Position numbers and translations under genes: made by a program | The notes under the pieces: generated by a model | Databases searched by the model: none | The model's input: only the letters and a program-made list of their open reading frames with translations | Told to the model about the DNA's origin: nothing | Assembly: GCA_043228905.1 (NCBI GenBank) | Contig: JBHGNT010000005.1 | Location: 4,650,001 to 4,714,000, forward strand | DNA from: Azolla caroliniana | Taxonomy: Eukaryota; Plantae; Polypodiophyta | Length of the DNA: 64,000 bases | Reading direction: 5' to 3' | Shown: positions 24,301 to 38,690 of the stretch, in pieces | How the letters are laid out: each line of letters begins with the position of its first letter | Position numbering within the stretch: position 1 is the stretch's first letter

Positions 24301-27300
24301 GAACCTAAGGTGCGTTTGATACCATTTCATACGGTTTGATAAACAGGATTAATTTGTGGGAGTATTGATGCCCTTGCACACTAAAGAACCCAGCTTAAAT
24401 ATAATTTTTATTCCTTCTCTCATTCACATGCATTCAATCACATGAATTTTTAAGCAGTGACATGACACAGATGAATGCACCCAAAGACTAAAACTGAAAG
24501 AAAAGAAGAAATAAACCTGTTTCCATGGCAATATATTACACATGGCAATGGCTTCTCTTCAATCATTGGAATGGGCATGTAATGACTACATTCCAACTTA
24601 TACCCATGTTTGTTTGTAACCTGATACATATGATAGCATTTAGTAAAAAGATTTGAATCAACATTTCTATGACTAAAGCATCATACAAGAGACTCAAAAC
24701 ATGATCAATCCATATAAATACTGTCATATTTGATATTCTTTTAAGTTTGTAATATAGCATAAACAGAGGAATAGAATGTAACAAGGGAAATAGTGAGCAC
24801 CTGCAAATCTTCTCGTTTATATCGCCGCCCTTTCAATGTAAATTCGGGTTGGAGAAGATCAGTGGATGGATTATATTCAGCCCTATAATACCACAGATTA
24901 ACCACTTTAGCAAAGTAACTATTAGATACGTCAAAAAAGCAGCCATAGCTTAGCACAGATGAAAGAATTATACAAATTCTTTGTTTGTTCTGTGATCCTA
25001 AATTATTAGATAAGAATAACATACCAGTTCAGTGAAAGGATACACTGCAAAGTTTGGAATACATATAAGAAAACTGAGACAGGTATTACATCACATTGAA
25101 ACTCAAAGTTACTGGCAATGGGATGCAAGTTTGTCTCAAAATAAGGGTCTCCATTACCGATGCTAGTAATTGGACCACATATGTATTCATTCAGGGATAA
25201 TATCTCATCCCACAAAAAAGACTCAAGAATATATCCAAATAAAACCTTCTCATTATTATAAGCAGCAATGTATCAAAATGCACGTTTACACCAGAGGATG
25301 CCCATTCACAGAACTTGGTTTCCCAGTATCCATTTATACCTCCTGCAAACTCTAAAGGACCATCAACCATCCAACATTGTCTAAACTCAAGGAGGTAAAG
25401 ATAAGGATGTATGGAACTTATTGCATGCACTTATGACATGAAGCAGTGAAAGCAGATCAAGAACTTTCTACACGCCAATCAAGCCTCCTCATATTTAAGC
25501 TAAGGCACACGAACTGATGGGCAGTAGGGATCTCCTCACCATCACATCATCAGAGGAAATCTCCACCTCGCAGGCCCTATAAAAAGGAGCCAAGGAAGTG
25601 TTAAAAAGACGACCAAGATGAGGCCAAAGGCATACTGCAATAGGGTGTGACCATGTACGATGTATGGTGAATTCAGGATAATAAAACTCATCCTTGTGTC
25701 AGCCATTCCATGTCTGTTAAGGGAGAGCAAGCTTTGATGTCTGTTGAGAGAGAGGAAGTGAAGTATTGGCAGCACCCTCAAAGGGAGTTCCATGACTGTG
25801 CAGGTGTGAACAGCAATGGAATGTTATATTAACATCTTTAAAAAAGCCAAAGTGACCTATGAGACAAAGTTACATCCATGTCAATCTTATGAAAGTCTGG
25901 TAAAAGAAAGCAAAGATCAATTCTACTTAAACAGTGTGTATTCCCAATGTAACTAGGTTGTGGTCTAAGAAGATTGATATAGAAACCATGCATACAAGAA
26001 ATGTGGATGATGCCATATGACATCGATGTCATCTCCAGTGGGACATCATGCTCAATCTCGGGCAATGACACCATGCATCCTTCAATATAGGCTGTGTCTT
26101 ATATGTGGTAATCTGCACATCCACAGATGCCTGACGCGCGAGCAACATCCCTCTATTAGATGCTGACCAGGTTTGCTCTGATGTCTCTCGGCAAAACCTT
26201 CTAAAGGAGTCTATGATCTTCCTGTATACAGGCCCGGTCTAAGATCAATGATATGGGAAATATGCGTACAAGTAATGTCGATGCCATATGACATCAATGC
26301 CATCTCCACTGGTACATTGTGCTCAATCTTGGGCAATGATTTCGTGTATCCTTCAATGCAGGATGTTACTTCTATTTGGTAATCTGCATATCCTTGGATG
26401 CCTGGAGTGCGAGCAACATCTCTCTATGTGGTGCTGACCATGCTTGCTCTGATGTCTCATTGCACGGCATTCCAAAGGAGTCTATCATCTGCCTGTTTAC
26501 AGGCCCTGCTGGCCTGTCGCTCTTCAGGAGAGACTCTAAAAGTCTACAGATCCTTTGTAGAAACAGCCCAAACCATCTCTGATCATAGAAGACCATCAAT
26601 CAACAGAATAGTCTGAATCCCTCCCTGAAGATACAGTGGAAGTGGCCTCTCATAGAAAAGTATGCAGCAATATAGGTACTGCTTCTCAGACTTTGGCTCT
26701 GTATGGTATAACAGATATATCTTGTGCTGGGAAGGTATACCATTATACCTAACTATATCTATCTCCAACTGATGTGATGAGACGCTGCGCTGTCTAATGG
26801 TACATCTCAATCCATGAGACAGACGGACATTCATATATCCAGAACACAGTATAACTCAATCCTCAGTGATGCAGAGCAGATGATCTTGATAGAAAGGCCA
26901 TCTTCATACCTAACTTCTGCATAGGTTTGATCCATGTCTGCCCAGTTTTTAGCTGCGTGAGATCTTGCTTGAATCTACTATCTTGTGCAGAAGAATGTAG
27001 AGAAAGCAAGTGACTCTACGAACCCTCTGGAGATTCTGCTATAAGCACAATAATATCATCCACATATAACAAGTATCCAAGTACCCACCATCTGAACATC
27101 TCTACTCTTGTTGCAATATATATAGTCAGAGGTATTGTCCATACAGAACCAAAAGAATGTTGAGAGAGTGCATATCCCTGTTTCACTCCAATAATGGAAT
27201 GAACAGACTCTGAAAATCCCTCTGAAGTCTGTACTCTGCCTACTACTTTCCATTAAGGTGCCAATGTGCCACCGTGCCATGATCCCATTGAACCATCAGA

Positions 27301-30165
27301 GTTCTTGAGGAACTCCCAAATCCAATCTCACTGTAGGGACTATGTTGAAAGTTTTGTGGAAATCCACAAAGCAACAGAAAATCCATACACTGTAGCCTCA
27401 GCCCTCCCCAACGGTAGCTCTTATTGCAAATATATCATCCCTCAGCTCCAAGACCCCCATTCTCTGACCATCGCCTAAACTTTCGCTTGAGTAAGGATGC
27501 ATACAACTTGGCCAAAGATTGACTAAACATAGTAGCCTGATACTTAATCGTCACGGCAGGGTCTCCAGACTTGAGAAAAGGCACCATCATGTTGATACAA
27601 GATTCTAGAAATCCCTCATTTCTCTCATGAATATAAAGGCCAATTGCTCTGCAAACATGTCTCAGGCATGTATAAAATGTTCTGCAGCTAAACCACCATG
27701 ATCTTGCCCATTCCTGTTTGCATCTGTCAAATATCCAACTTCACTGCAGTATAGTGCACTGATGAATATAGGAGATATGACAACTCCGGTATGTCATATA
27801 AGTAGTTGCATAGTCTCCGCATATATCTGGGGAGGTGATAGATGGAGATGGAGAGTGTTCTCTCATGAGTTTCCATACATCTTGAATCTCGACTCATTAA
27901 TTACAGGTACATATCTTTCACCAACTTAGCTTGAAAGACCCTCTTCTTCCTAGGAATGTGACAATGAAAGACAATACATCACTGGCCATGGGTAGTGACA
28001 CCTGAGATCACCAGATCACCTCTCTCTTCAGCCTGCCTCTCGTGTCTCTACACTCATCATCATACAATGTGATCTGCAGCATTATTATTCAATGTGATAT
28101 CCCTGCGACATAAGTATGTGGAAAAGTTGTGCCACAGCTGAATGTAGAATCTGAGCCAAAATCTGTCAACTCAGTGTAAGATCATTGGGGATCGCCCCCA
28201 TCAAGAAGTTTATAGATCTCTCTCATGCACACCCCATCTGCCTCTCTGCAGAAAGGATATCTCAGATGGAGGTGTAAATGTTGTTGAAGTAGACTAGTGG
28301 TGTACTTAAAGTCTATTATAAAGGATAAGAGTGCATAATCCACTGCTACACCACTGGGCTTGGGCAACATCTAGAGTCATGTATACAAGGCACAAGAGAG
28401 ATAGAGCAAGAACTTAATCCATTGTGCTAATGTCATGCCTAGGATAAAAGCAAGTAAAGTCATTACTTTGTGGATATCTGCCGAGACCTTTCAAAATGGT
28501 CAATCGATGTTCAAATCTCATCTCTAAAATATGTCTACCTTCAAAATCTGCATATCTCTGAATCAAACCCAGCTTTGTTTACTCGAGTTCTTGCAACATC
28601 TCCTCTGAAGTATTAAGAAAAGAGGCTTGAAAGTATGCTGTCCTAGCACTGAAGACTCCCAGGAAGATCATGTCTCCAAATATTGGGAACTCCCAAATAT
28701 ACTCATCTAAAATCAGGGAGGTGTGAGCAATAATATACAGTGACGTGTCGCAGTCTGTCCTCGTCTGCTCTCAGTCTATCCCACATGTATATATTTCTTT
28801 TCTCTTGGACTTGATTCTTGCTATAAAATGATCATCCATTTCCACCTAACCTCTTTTCTACATTGTACCAACTGGGCAAACAGAATCATAATCGTTTTTC
28901 AGATTTTCTTAGTTTTCAAAATTTAGGGTTTCAATAGGAATTGAAATTGTTTACACCCACTGCTTCACACTAATGCGGATTAAGACTTTTGATGCAGCCT
29001 CCTGTCCATATTTAAAAGATCTTTCCCAACTTTGGGAAGACTATTGCAGCCATTACTAAGATGGTCGTTTCATTTTCCAGCCCATGAAATATTGGCTTTT
29101 CTTATCATAAGGTGGATTTTCCTTTAACGCTATCGATGCATCGAATAAAATCATAGAAACCTAGAATAATAACAATGAGGATCTTCATTCAATTATATGC
29201 AACATTCTTTTCAATCAGCGAGAATAATTGTCCTTGGCAATGGGTAGGTGAAGGGCAAACTCCAGCATTTGTCACAAGACAATAATCCATGAGTCTACTT
29301 GATCATCATTATCAGTGTTTCCCATGTGGGATGGGTTTCCAATATGCACCAACAGACAAATTTCAAATTGGTTCACATCTTTTTTCAGCATAATAAATAA
29401 TGGCAATATGGATTTATCTTCCATGTATCTTTTTCAGCATAATGAATAGTATGGATTTATCTTCCACGTGACATCTTCATATATCCATGGTATTGAGTGA
29501 TCAGTAATTACGTATCTCCTTCATGATTTCAAAGATGCATATATAGGCTTTCAACCTAGATATTGAACCTTCATATGCCAAGAGTCCAATCCAGCTAACT
29601 TGTCTCTCATTGGATTGTAATCGACATAGGTTCTCTCTGACCTCATACATGAATATTTAAACTTGGAGGAAGGTTAGATTATAATGTTTCCAAAAATTGA
29701 AAGTACAATTTTTTCTACTATACATCTAGTTCAAGAATGGAGTTTTAGCTGAGATCAAGGATCCTTGATACTGTCTATTTGTTTCAATGATATATACTCA
29801 AAGAAACGTAAATATGGATGAACATATCATGTGATTATCTTTATTCCACCTAATGCCATAGATGAACTGATGAAACAAAAACAATGTAGCAAGCATCAAT
29901 GAATTTCTATTTAGCGATTATCTTTATTTCACCTAATGCCATATATGAGCTGATGAAACAAAAACAATGTACCAAGCATAAGTGAATCTATCATGTTATT
30001 ATCTTCTTTTAGACAAACCCATCTGATTATTTATTACAGAGAAACAAAAACATATGCACATTTGAAAGAAAAATGAATTACAAATTCTATAACAAAGGAG
30101 AAAGGGTGAAATATGAAGGAAATGAACCTGGGCGGACGAATGACAAAACTCACAAGCTGATCCAT
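18309..30165 (-). CDS. Alpha/beta-hydrolase (YqkD-like, plant MxQLVxFxIRPPRAEY family) with a C-terminal UIM-like motif, ~522 aa, 14 exons
   Basis: Exons 30128-30165, 24801-24882, 24517-24620, 22747-22873, 22517-22611, 22296-22419, 22054-22134, 21087-21185, 20784-20948, 19792-19849, 19390-19445, 19195-19290, 18893-19033 and 18309-18611 sum to 1569 nt in frame. Motifs: PCVIYCHGNSGCR, DFSGSGLSEG, nucleophile GRSMG, EDSFI, GDHNSPRP and EDEERMLMEAIAMSL. Confidence 0.93.
25500..28800 (-). mobile_element. Degenerate non-LTR retrotransposon (RTE-like LINE) in intron 1 of the hydrolase gene
   Basis: Minus-strand RT motif FCCFVDFHKTFNIVP (~27340-27380) and an endonuclease-like VDYAL (~28330-28345), with many stops and frameshifts. 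Boundaries are approximate. Confidence 0.7.
29833..29990. repeat. 84-bp-period tandem duplication
   Basis: gattatctttatt(c/t)cacctaatgccata..gatgaaacaaaaacaatgta at 29833 and 29917. Confidence 0.85.
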
Positions 30166-30943
30166 GGTTTAGAAGAAGAGAATTAAAAAAAAATCCTCTG
30201 CACGAAAAATCTCCCTTTCACAGAAAACTCCTCTTTGTTTCATAAACTGAAGAGAGATGGGAAAATCTGAAGGTTTTCTCGTAACACGAAGCAAAGAGCA
30301 AACCCACCATCATAACCGAATGAAGGAAAGAAAGAAACTTGTGATGAAGGAAAGAGAAATGAAGAAAGAAAGAAAGAGAAGGTGAAAAATGAAGCAAAAA
30401 AAAAAAAAGAGGGAAGGGAAAAGGTGTGTGAATTTTTACTGTGTCCGGGTAGAGAAGATGAAAGAAAGACAGGCAAGAAGCTAACAAAGGGGAAGGAGGA
30501 ACAGGGGAAGAAGGTTCATGGATAATGAAGAGTATTAGGTTTGACTTGAAAAAGGAAGGAAGGAAGAACAGGGGAAAGGACCAAATGGGAAGGCAATTGG
30601 GAGATCTTCATTAGGTTTGACTCTAAATAATGCAGCAATAAAAAGCTTTGTTTCTGTTTTTGAGATGCCCAAATGCCCCAAACTAGAGGGTGTCCAGGAT
30701 TGATTTGAACCATGGTGGGTTGTTGGATAGGAATGAATTAAAAGAGAGAGAGTTATGGGCAAAAACAAGCATAGTTCAATCTTTCCATGTGCTCCACCTA
30801 CATGCTTCCTAATTAGCCACTTCACGCGCCCAACCTTTTCGGCATGATGTATCGGTTATTACCATTCGGTCTCGTCTCTTTGTCCCTGTCGTTGCACCTG
30901 TTATTAGTACGTGAGGTAGATGTGATGTAATTACTATTTACAA

Positions 30944-31325
30944 AAGTGGGGTTGTTCTTTGGAAGGGTTTCAATACAAGGTCTTTTTTAAGTATCTTAAT
31001 CTCGACCATTTCTCTTTATTGTAAGGATCATCCCTTTCTTTCTATTGGATGCATCGCTTTCTAGGGGTATATACAGTGGGGAAGTCTTTGAAGGGTGTTC
31101 ATATAGGGTCATTTAAACAATACTCAACCAATAACCTTGACTAGTTATCTTACGGATTGTCCCTTCTTTCAATTGGACACATTGCTTTCTAGGGTTATAT
31201 ACAATAGTGGAGAAGTCTTTGAAGGGTTGTCCCTATAGGCGCTTTTAAAGGGTACTCATCTCAACCAATAATCTCGATTTTAAGGATTGTCTCTTTCTTT
31301 CTATCAGATGCATGACTTTTCTAGG
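30944..31325. repeat. Degenerate ~130-bp tandem repeat x3 upstream of the hydrolase gene
   Basis: Recurring blocks ggat(c/t)..ttcttt..attgga..gctttctagg and gtctttgaaggg..ctcaaccaataa. Confidence 0.65.
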
Positions 31326-31399
31326 TTTTTCTCTACAGGACAACCTCACCGACGAATACCAATGAGAAACCATTAAGGAATATGTAATTTTTAATCATT

Positions 31400-34300
31400 T
31401 AGATTATTATTATTAGTGATCAATGAAGCATTCCCCTTATCTTTGAGTTTGTTACCAAAATATTAACAAACAAATTCCAACAAAGGAAATATGTTTGTAT
31501 TCGTTTCTCTTCAAGAGAATGCTTGTAAATGCTTCATATGAACCAAACGTTGGTTCTATAACTCTGCCTATTGGTTCATGGAAAAGAAACACACCTATAA
31601 GGGATAGAAGATGGAATCACCCCCCTTGTGTTAAAAAATCAACACCATCATCATTCACAACCAGTAATGTGCCATGTAAGCCATTCCTATACATCGAGTC
31701 TTTATACAACATGCCTCAACATAAGCAATTTGATACCACTACAAATACTTTGAGCAAGTTGGGAAAGTATTTCAATTGAGTTTCTTGTCAAAATGTGTAT
31801 GACTCTTAGAAGCCAAGACATTGTTTGGGTTGTATATGAACATTATGAGGTGAGTGAGCTTCAAACTAGTGTCACAAATTCATCAACCATTTTTTGTCTA
31901 GAGTGCTCAAAAAGTGAGTTGGGTGTTGTCATATTGTATACCTAATCATCATGCCAACAAATGAGCAAAGCAAAAGTGTATCATATGTATCGGACAAACA
32001 TGTGTGTGCATATTTTATCGAACAATGAAGGTTATTTTCTCCTCTTGATTTCATGCATCATAATAAACATGCTTTGACATAGTAATATGCTAACATATGG
32101 CTTCCAACTATTTTTGTTGAGCATGGTGAGATTGTGTAAATAACAATTCTCCATTTATATTAGTTCACATATGACCATGTGACCATACATCATGAACCAA
32201 ACAACATCATATGTGCCCCTCATGGGTTTCATCCTATCTAGTATCCACTATTTGAATTAGAGCTTTTCCATAAATGTTTTTATGCCATGGTCTCATATGA
32301 TACATTGACATGTTTAGAGGTGTTAATTCATTTCATGATCTTCTAAGTACACAACCAATAAACATGGCATTTTCGTAAGGAATATCATTATTCTATCTCA
32401 TCAATAAGCCAACATTATATTTCTGAATATATAGATTTACAAGGTTATAAACTTCAAGTGTAAAATGTCATAATGCATCTATATTCACTTTTATTGTACG
32501 CGGCATGCCTGAATACATGATACAAAAAAGAAACATTGTATATTTTGGAGAACAATTATGCATGCGCACATGATGTACACAAGGAACTTTCTATATTTTG
32601 CCAAACAAAATTTGCAGGAGAAGAGGGCAAATAAATTATATTGTAGAAGAGGCAATGGAGCTTGGACTACAAGTCTACAAGAAAAGGACAAGCAATGGCA
32701 AACGACGTGAGCAAGGGCTATTGGCTAGTCAATGCAACTATGATGATAATAGAAGGATGTATCAAACAATGGTGGAAATTGCTCTCATTCTAGGCAAACA
32801 CAACGCAGTTGGTGTGTAAATGAGTAGATGCAAAATATTCATAGAAATCAAATTAAAAACCTATCATTTCTATATATTCCCAAGTTTTTTTTTTCTTCAA
32901 AAAAACCAAGAATCAACATCATTATAAGAATTGAAGGATATAAATCGAAAATCTTTACAGATTAGATTTATCTCAATAATATACATTTGAGATAAAGATA
33001 AATTGCCAACATTTAGAATCCATCATCAAGCAATCATCTATCATCACCAATCATGGATCTAAGCTAGAATAATAATTGCTTTCTTCTTCCTCCTCAACTA
33101 CAATGTCCTTCCTCGTCAAAGCAAAGTCCATTCTCTTTTAATCCATGAAATTTATTCCATGTGACCTTTTACTTCAATAATGGGATCATTCTTATATGCA
33201 AGTATCTTCTCCTTGAAGGTGCATGTTTCTTGTTTTCGTAAATGTCTATTTGCTTGTAAAGTTAATTCAAAATCATATTGGCCTAAACCCTTTCCACGAT
33301 TGGCCTTGGACAATCCAGATTAGATGCCCTTCAATCATCATGATTAGCTAGACTAACCACAAATATAATTCAATATGCCATTGGATCCTTTTACATGGTT
33401 GACCCTAGCAATTGAGAATGTATGCCCTTAGACATCATCATTAGCCAGAGGAGCTATCATTGATTCATTGTTAGTTTCTTGTGGACCACCACTCCATTTC
33501 TCATTTGATCTTAGTTGCATGAGAAACATGTGAGGGTTGAGGATCTATTTATATATCTCAAGTTGCAATCTCGTTTGTTAAATTTCAAATGGAACTTGGA
33601 CATGCACTTTTTTTTTGTTAAATTTGCTATACAATAGATGATCGTAAAACATACATATAAGCTGTCATGCACCCTTTGTACATCTCCTAGTGATGGTGGA
33701 TTGTCCTTCAAATATAGTACCCCACAATGACACATCTTGCCCATAAATAACAAACTTCACAAACTTCTATCAAGATCCACTAGCTTGCGTCTCGATTACT
33801 CAATCTATTTAATCACTTTATGTGCTTATCCAATATACAATCTACAATATCACATCCAACCAATGGCTCCCATGCAATTTAATGGAGAGGTGTTTATCAA
33901 ATAATAGTTCTTGTCCTTTATCAATAATCTTCTTAGTATCAAGCAACCAATGAATAGGAAGTCAATGCATAATGTCAACTTGGTAGGAATTAGGAGGCAA
34001 GTCCATTTTAATGTGATGCCTAAAATCAAATTGGTAGGTTTTAGAAGTAAAAACAAGTGTTGTAGTGACGCCATACATTGGTCTCCCGATACAAGGCAAG
34101 ACAAGACGATGTTAGACCTCAAACTATTAGGATTTAGGAAACAAAAAAGTGTTTAGTTGGCGAGCATCAACTTGATGCTTGCCATGCATTGAGTAAAAAC
34201 CAATACATGGCACGTTGATGCTAAACACCTAGCATGTTTTAGTAGGCAAAACATGTTAGGTGCATGATATCAACATATATTAGGAAACATTAGATGATTT

Positions 34301-34460
34301 TTTTTTCCTACTCAATGTCTTGCATCAATAATGCCAGCCTCCAAGCTCATAATGCATTATAATGCTTAGCATTGAGCATTGACTTGCTTTGTTTTCTGGG
34401 CTAAAAAGTAGGGGTATGTAATTTGATTCCCAACATCAAATTGATGCCTAGGCTGATGCC
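31400..34460 (-). mobile_element. Possible highly decayed hAT-type DNA transposon
   Basis: Frameshifted fragments resembling hAT transposase (MLRHV../CIGMAY) and short palindromic catcaa(a/c)ttgatgc motifs at 34165 and 34434. Weak evidence. Confidence 0.25.
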
Positions 34461-35929
34461 TTGAGCCAACTTTGTATGAATTGTTTTTAACAATTTGGTC
34501 CCTAGGGTCCAATTGCCTTTTCTATTTTAATGTAAAGCAACTCAATTAGACATGTAATTGTTTTATTTTTAGCGACTAATAGCATAGTGATCATTATGCC
34601 TTCTTATGTTAAAGGATTGTATAATAATAATTACGACTTGGAAATTTTCTACAATTAGTTTTCAGAAATTTGCTTCTTCTAAGTTTCTAGGTTTCTTCGA
34701 GGCTTTTAAAACAATTCCCCATGTTGTCTTACCATTAGATTTTAATAATCATTTTACCCTAAAAAACAAATAATTCTAGACTTTTCTTACAAGCATCCTA
34801 CAACTTGTATAATTTATGCCCATATAAATCTCCACCAACTATGGCTCTTGCCTTTGACATGAACTACAAAGTTGATTGATCATTCCTTGGTTAGAAATAT
34901 TTGTTTTTTGTTGCAAAACTTTAGTCTTCTTGTTGCCTTAGTTTTTAGTTGTGTAGGTTAATGATCTCTATGTCAGGACTATGCAAATCGTAGCTTCTTT
35001 CCCTTCGTGTTTAGTTTTTAGGAAGGTGAATCCATCAATTCACATATCAAACAAGTTGATTAAATCATATCATAATTCACCTAGCACATTAGATTGATAA
35101 AAATGTAATGCTCTCACAAAATTAGGGTCATAAATATGACGATAAACTTGTTGCGGATCATTCTTAAAAGTGAGGAGCAAAACGACATTTGTTGGCTAAA
35201 GATGACTTCAAAGAAAAAGAATACATGGTAGTTGGCCAATATGACAAACTTTCTTGAAAAGAGTTTGCCAAATTTGTATAGAGAATGGTTCACCAAACAC
35301 ATTTCACTTTCACTCATCCACCAAGAAATTGGATACACGTAGTGGATGATTTAGCAATTCGTTTTTTCTTCAAGGAATTACTACATTAGTATTAGGAAAT
35401 ACCCTAAGGATGCACATGAAATACATGCATAATGATACAGGTAATCTCCCTCTTTGTTGACATTAAGTTCTAACTATCGACTTAAATAAATACTTCGATG
35501 TAGGATAAAACCATTCCACCTTGTCAAAAAACCATAGATGAAATATACCTTTGTCCCATATGGCACAAAATTCTAGATGTAGTAATTTTGCTTATCCTTT
35601 ATATTATCGAAAGAACCTCTTCGAGTATACACAATCTCTATCTAGGAATCAACAACGATTTGGTTTGGGCTTAACTGGTTTAGTAGTGTCCAAGTTAAAC
35701 CAGTTAAGCCTTCGATGTAGAGGAGTTCAAACTTGAATTGAAGTGAACCGAAAAGTGTTACTTATTTCTCTTTATTTCAATGTTTTGCTTCATGAAATGG
35801 TATCTTCCTTTCCTTCTCTCTCTCTCTCATACCATCATAGTAGGGTTACTAATGACAAAATTATTTGGATGTATAATAGAATCAATGGTAAGTGCATAGG
35901 CTAAAAAATCACAACACCATCGATCACCT

Positions 35930-37410
35930 TGTCACCCTTCGAGTATCGATTGAAGAAAGTCACTTGAGAGGTAAGGGTTTATATTATTGCTTCGTGGGCT
36001 TTTGATATAATACCTCGTGAGCATCTTTGGAGGTGAATAGAAGAACTTGACATGCCAAGTGAATATATGTTTGCAATTTGCTGAATATATGAGAAGGCCA
36101 TACATTGTGTTCATATGGGACGATAAAATTTCGCACTTTTTCAATAGCACTATTAGTGTTAAGCAAGGATGCATCTCACCAACTCTATTTGGTCTATGCA
36201 TTGATGAATTAGAATAAATGCTTGCGAAGTTTGTAAAGAAAGAAGGCATTGAAGAAGTTATCATTGGGAATGTCGTCATCATGCTTTTGTTGTATGCAAA
36301 TGTATTGTTATTTGCAAAAACTTTGGGAAATGCACTAAAGCTTAAGAGGGCTTGGTTTTTTTTCCATGCATATTAAAGTTTCAACAGCTCTAAAACAAAG
36401 ATTATGCTTGTGAAGAGCTAGAAAAAAGAGAAACCATGCATTATGTATAATAATGAGCCATTTGAAATTGTGGAAAGCTTCAAATACATTGGCCGTGAAA
36501 TTCCTTCAAATCATTGATGGAATGGATGTGCTACCCACCCCTTAGAGGTGCGAAAGAGAACATATTATATTTTTGAGAACACATGCATTTATGGAGAAAT
36601 TAACTGTCGGATTCTAAAGACATACCTTTTCCACATTTTGGTGATATCGGTACTTTAATATGGCGTGAGAGTATGGGGTAATAGCATCCCTAAGTCCACT
36701 TTGAAAGAGTTTGAAAATTTCCAAAAGCATTTTCTAACAAAGTTTCCCCAAATCAAGAAACAAACATCATACACCCTCCTACTTTTTGAGATGGGATCAC
36801 TTCCAATTGAGATCTTGGCCATGGAAAGGTTCAAAATGTTTTAGAATCGCATGTGAACCAAGCAAAAAAGATCGTAACACACTTCATGGTGCATATAAGC
36901 AAACTTTGGTGTTCTGTTGAAAAATGGTTTGGGAGATGGGATGCAACACACTTCATGATGCATCGTTAGATTCCTTTGTAAATGAGAACTTTTTTGCAAG
37001 ACCAATGTATCACGACATGAGAGAAATTTGGGGGTTAATGCTTCACACATTTACTACATATGTTGCACCTTACCACAAAACTATATTTTTTGCTAAACTA
37101 GGAAACCACACACATCGATACATGTTAAAGCCCATCTCATAGTCAACCATCAAAACCATTGCTTCTATTTAGCTTAGCTCATATACACTACAATGTGAGA
37201 GGGGGCATTGTGGCACAAGTGATGAGAGTCATTGATTATGCACACATTACCCAAGACAAGTTTGGTAGTCTGAGTATCATGCTTTGCCTTTGATCACATT
37301 CGTCCATGCTTTCCACACATCTTCAACTAAACCCAATCCTTGCACAAATTTCTCTCAAAGATATTGTGCAATCTCAATTGCAATATTCATAGTAAAGTTC
37401 TTGAACATCT
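35930..37410 (+). mobile_element. Degenerate RTE-like LINE reverse-transcriptase fragment
   Basis: Broken frames give FDIIPREHLWR, STISVKQGC-SPTLFGLCIDEL and MLLLYA (the YADD region), followed by ORF2-like sequence. Confidence 0.85.
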
Positions 37411-37489
37411 AGAGTAACTACCCTTTTTATTAGTCGTTATTCGTGGATTCATGGGTATAGTTGTTTTTTGCATTAGACCATGTCTAAGA

Positions 37490-38690
37490 GATAGAGCATA
37501 TGCAACATCCTCCTTTTCATATAACATTGGTTGACCTTGAACAACTGCCCACAATATTGCCCCTCAAGTAATATTGCTTGAGGATGTATTGGTCTTTATA
37601 ACTTTAAGATTCTTTTCCATCTTTCCATCTTTCCATCTCAACTCCACAAACTTAGCAATGTCCACTGGATGCACACAAAATTGACACATATTGTCTACAT
37701 TCATCCCCTTTTCTCCGCTCATTGCCTATCAAAACCGTTATGTTTGACCAGTAGATTAATCAAAATCTTTTCGCAACCCAATAATTTGATCCTACACTTG
37801 TTGTAGGAACTCGTAAATTTTAGAAAATCACGTTATTTGGTTGTGAGTTATGAATATTCATTTAATAGCAATCATCATTTTTAAAAGAACTACACCTTGT
37901 TCATTGAAGATGGTTTTTTTAACTCGAAGTTTTAACTCTAGATGTTGAATATCATCCTTTATGTTATCCAAAGAACCTCTCAGGTTATGCAAAATCTTTG
38001 TCCAAATCTGTCAAAATTTCAATAATTGTATGAGTTGGTCTTTCTAACATATTTTGGAATACCTTCAAACACCTAGCCTTCCAAAATTTCCAAATTGTGA
38101 TATTACATACACTTTGCCATATTTCAAATTTACCGCTTGCTAGTTGTGGATTCCGGGGTATAGTTGTTTTTCTGCATCAAACCATGCCTTAGAGAAAGAT
38201 CATTTGCAACATCATATTGCTCATATAACATTTGTTGACCTTGTACACTGCCCCATAATATCGTACTCACGTATGCACTGCTCGAGGATATGCTAGTATT
38301 AATAGTTTTAAGATTCTTTTCCATATTTCCGTTTCCAAATCACATGCTTGTTGGAACTGTCTTGATGATGATATGGATAAATTTGATAGCACATGCAAAT
38401 AAATGTACAGAGGGGAGAATGGAACTATTCGAGTGATCACTGATAACAGGGCACCTACAATAAATGCCCATAAGCAGAAATTTGGAGATCTATGGATGTT
38501 GCTTGCACCCATTATCATATGGAGCATATGGACAACAAGATGTACCAGGGTATTTTCAGCAAACAAACGGCCTCCAACAGAATCTATTAAGCTAATATGG
38601 CACACATTAATAACTATATTGAGGGCCCAATATGAGCAGATTGATGGAACCATAGAACGTAATATTCGTGTTTGTGGAAGCATTCAAACG
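37490..38690. mobile_element. L1-type LINE ORF2 C-terminal fragments in both orientations
   Basis: Minus strand: CQFCVHP/WKRILK at 37600-37700 and WKRILKLLI/ILWGSVQGQ at 38170-38400. Plus strand: LWMLLAPIIIWSIWTTRC at 38480-38690. Confidence 0.7.
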
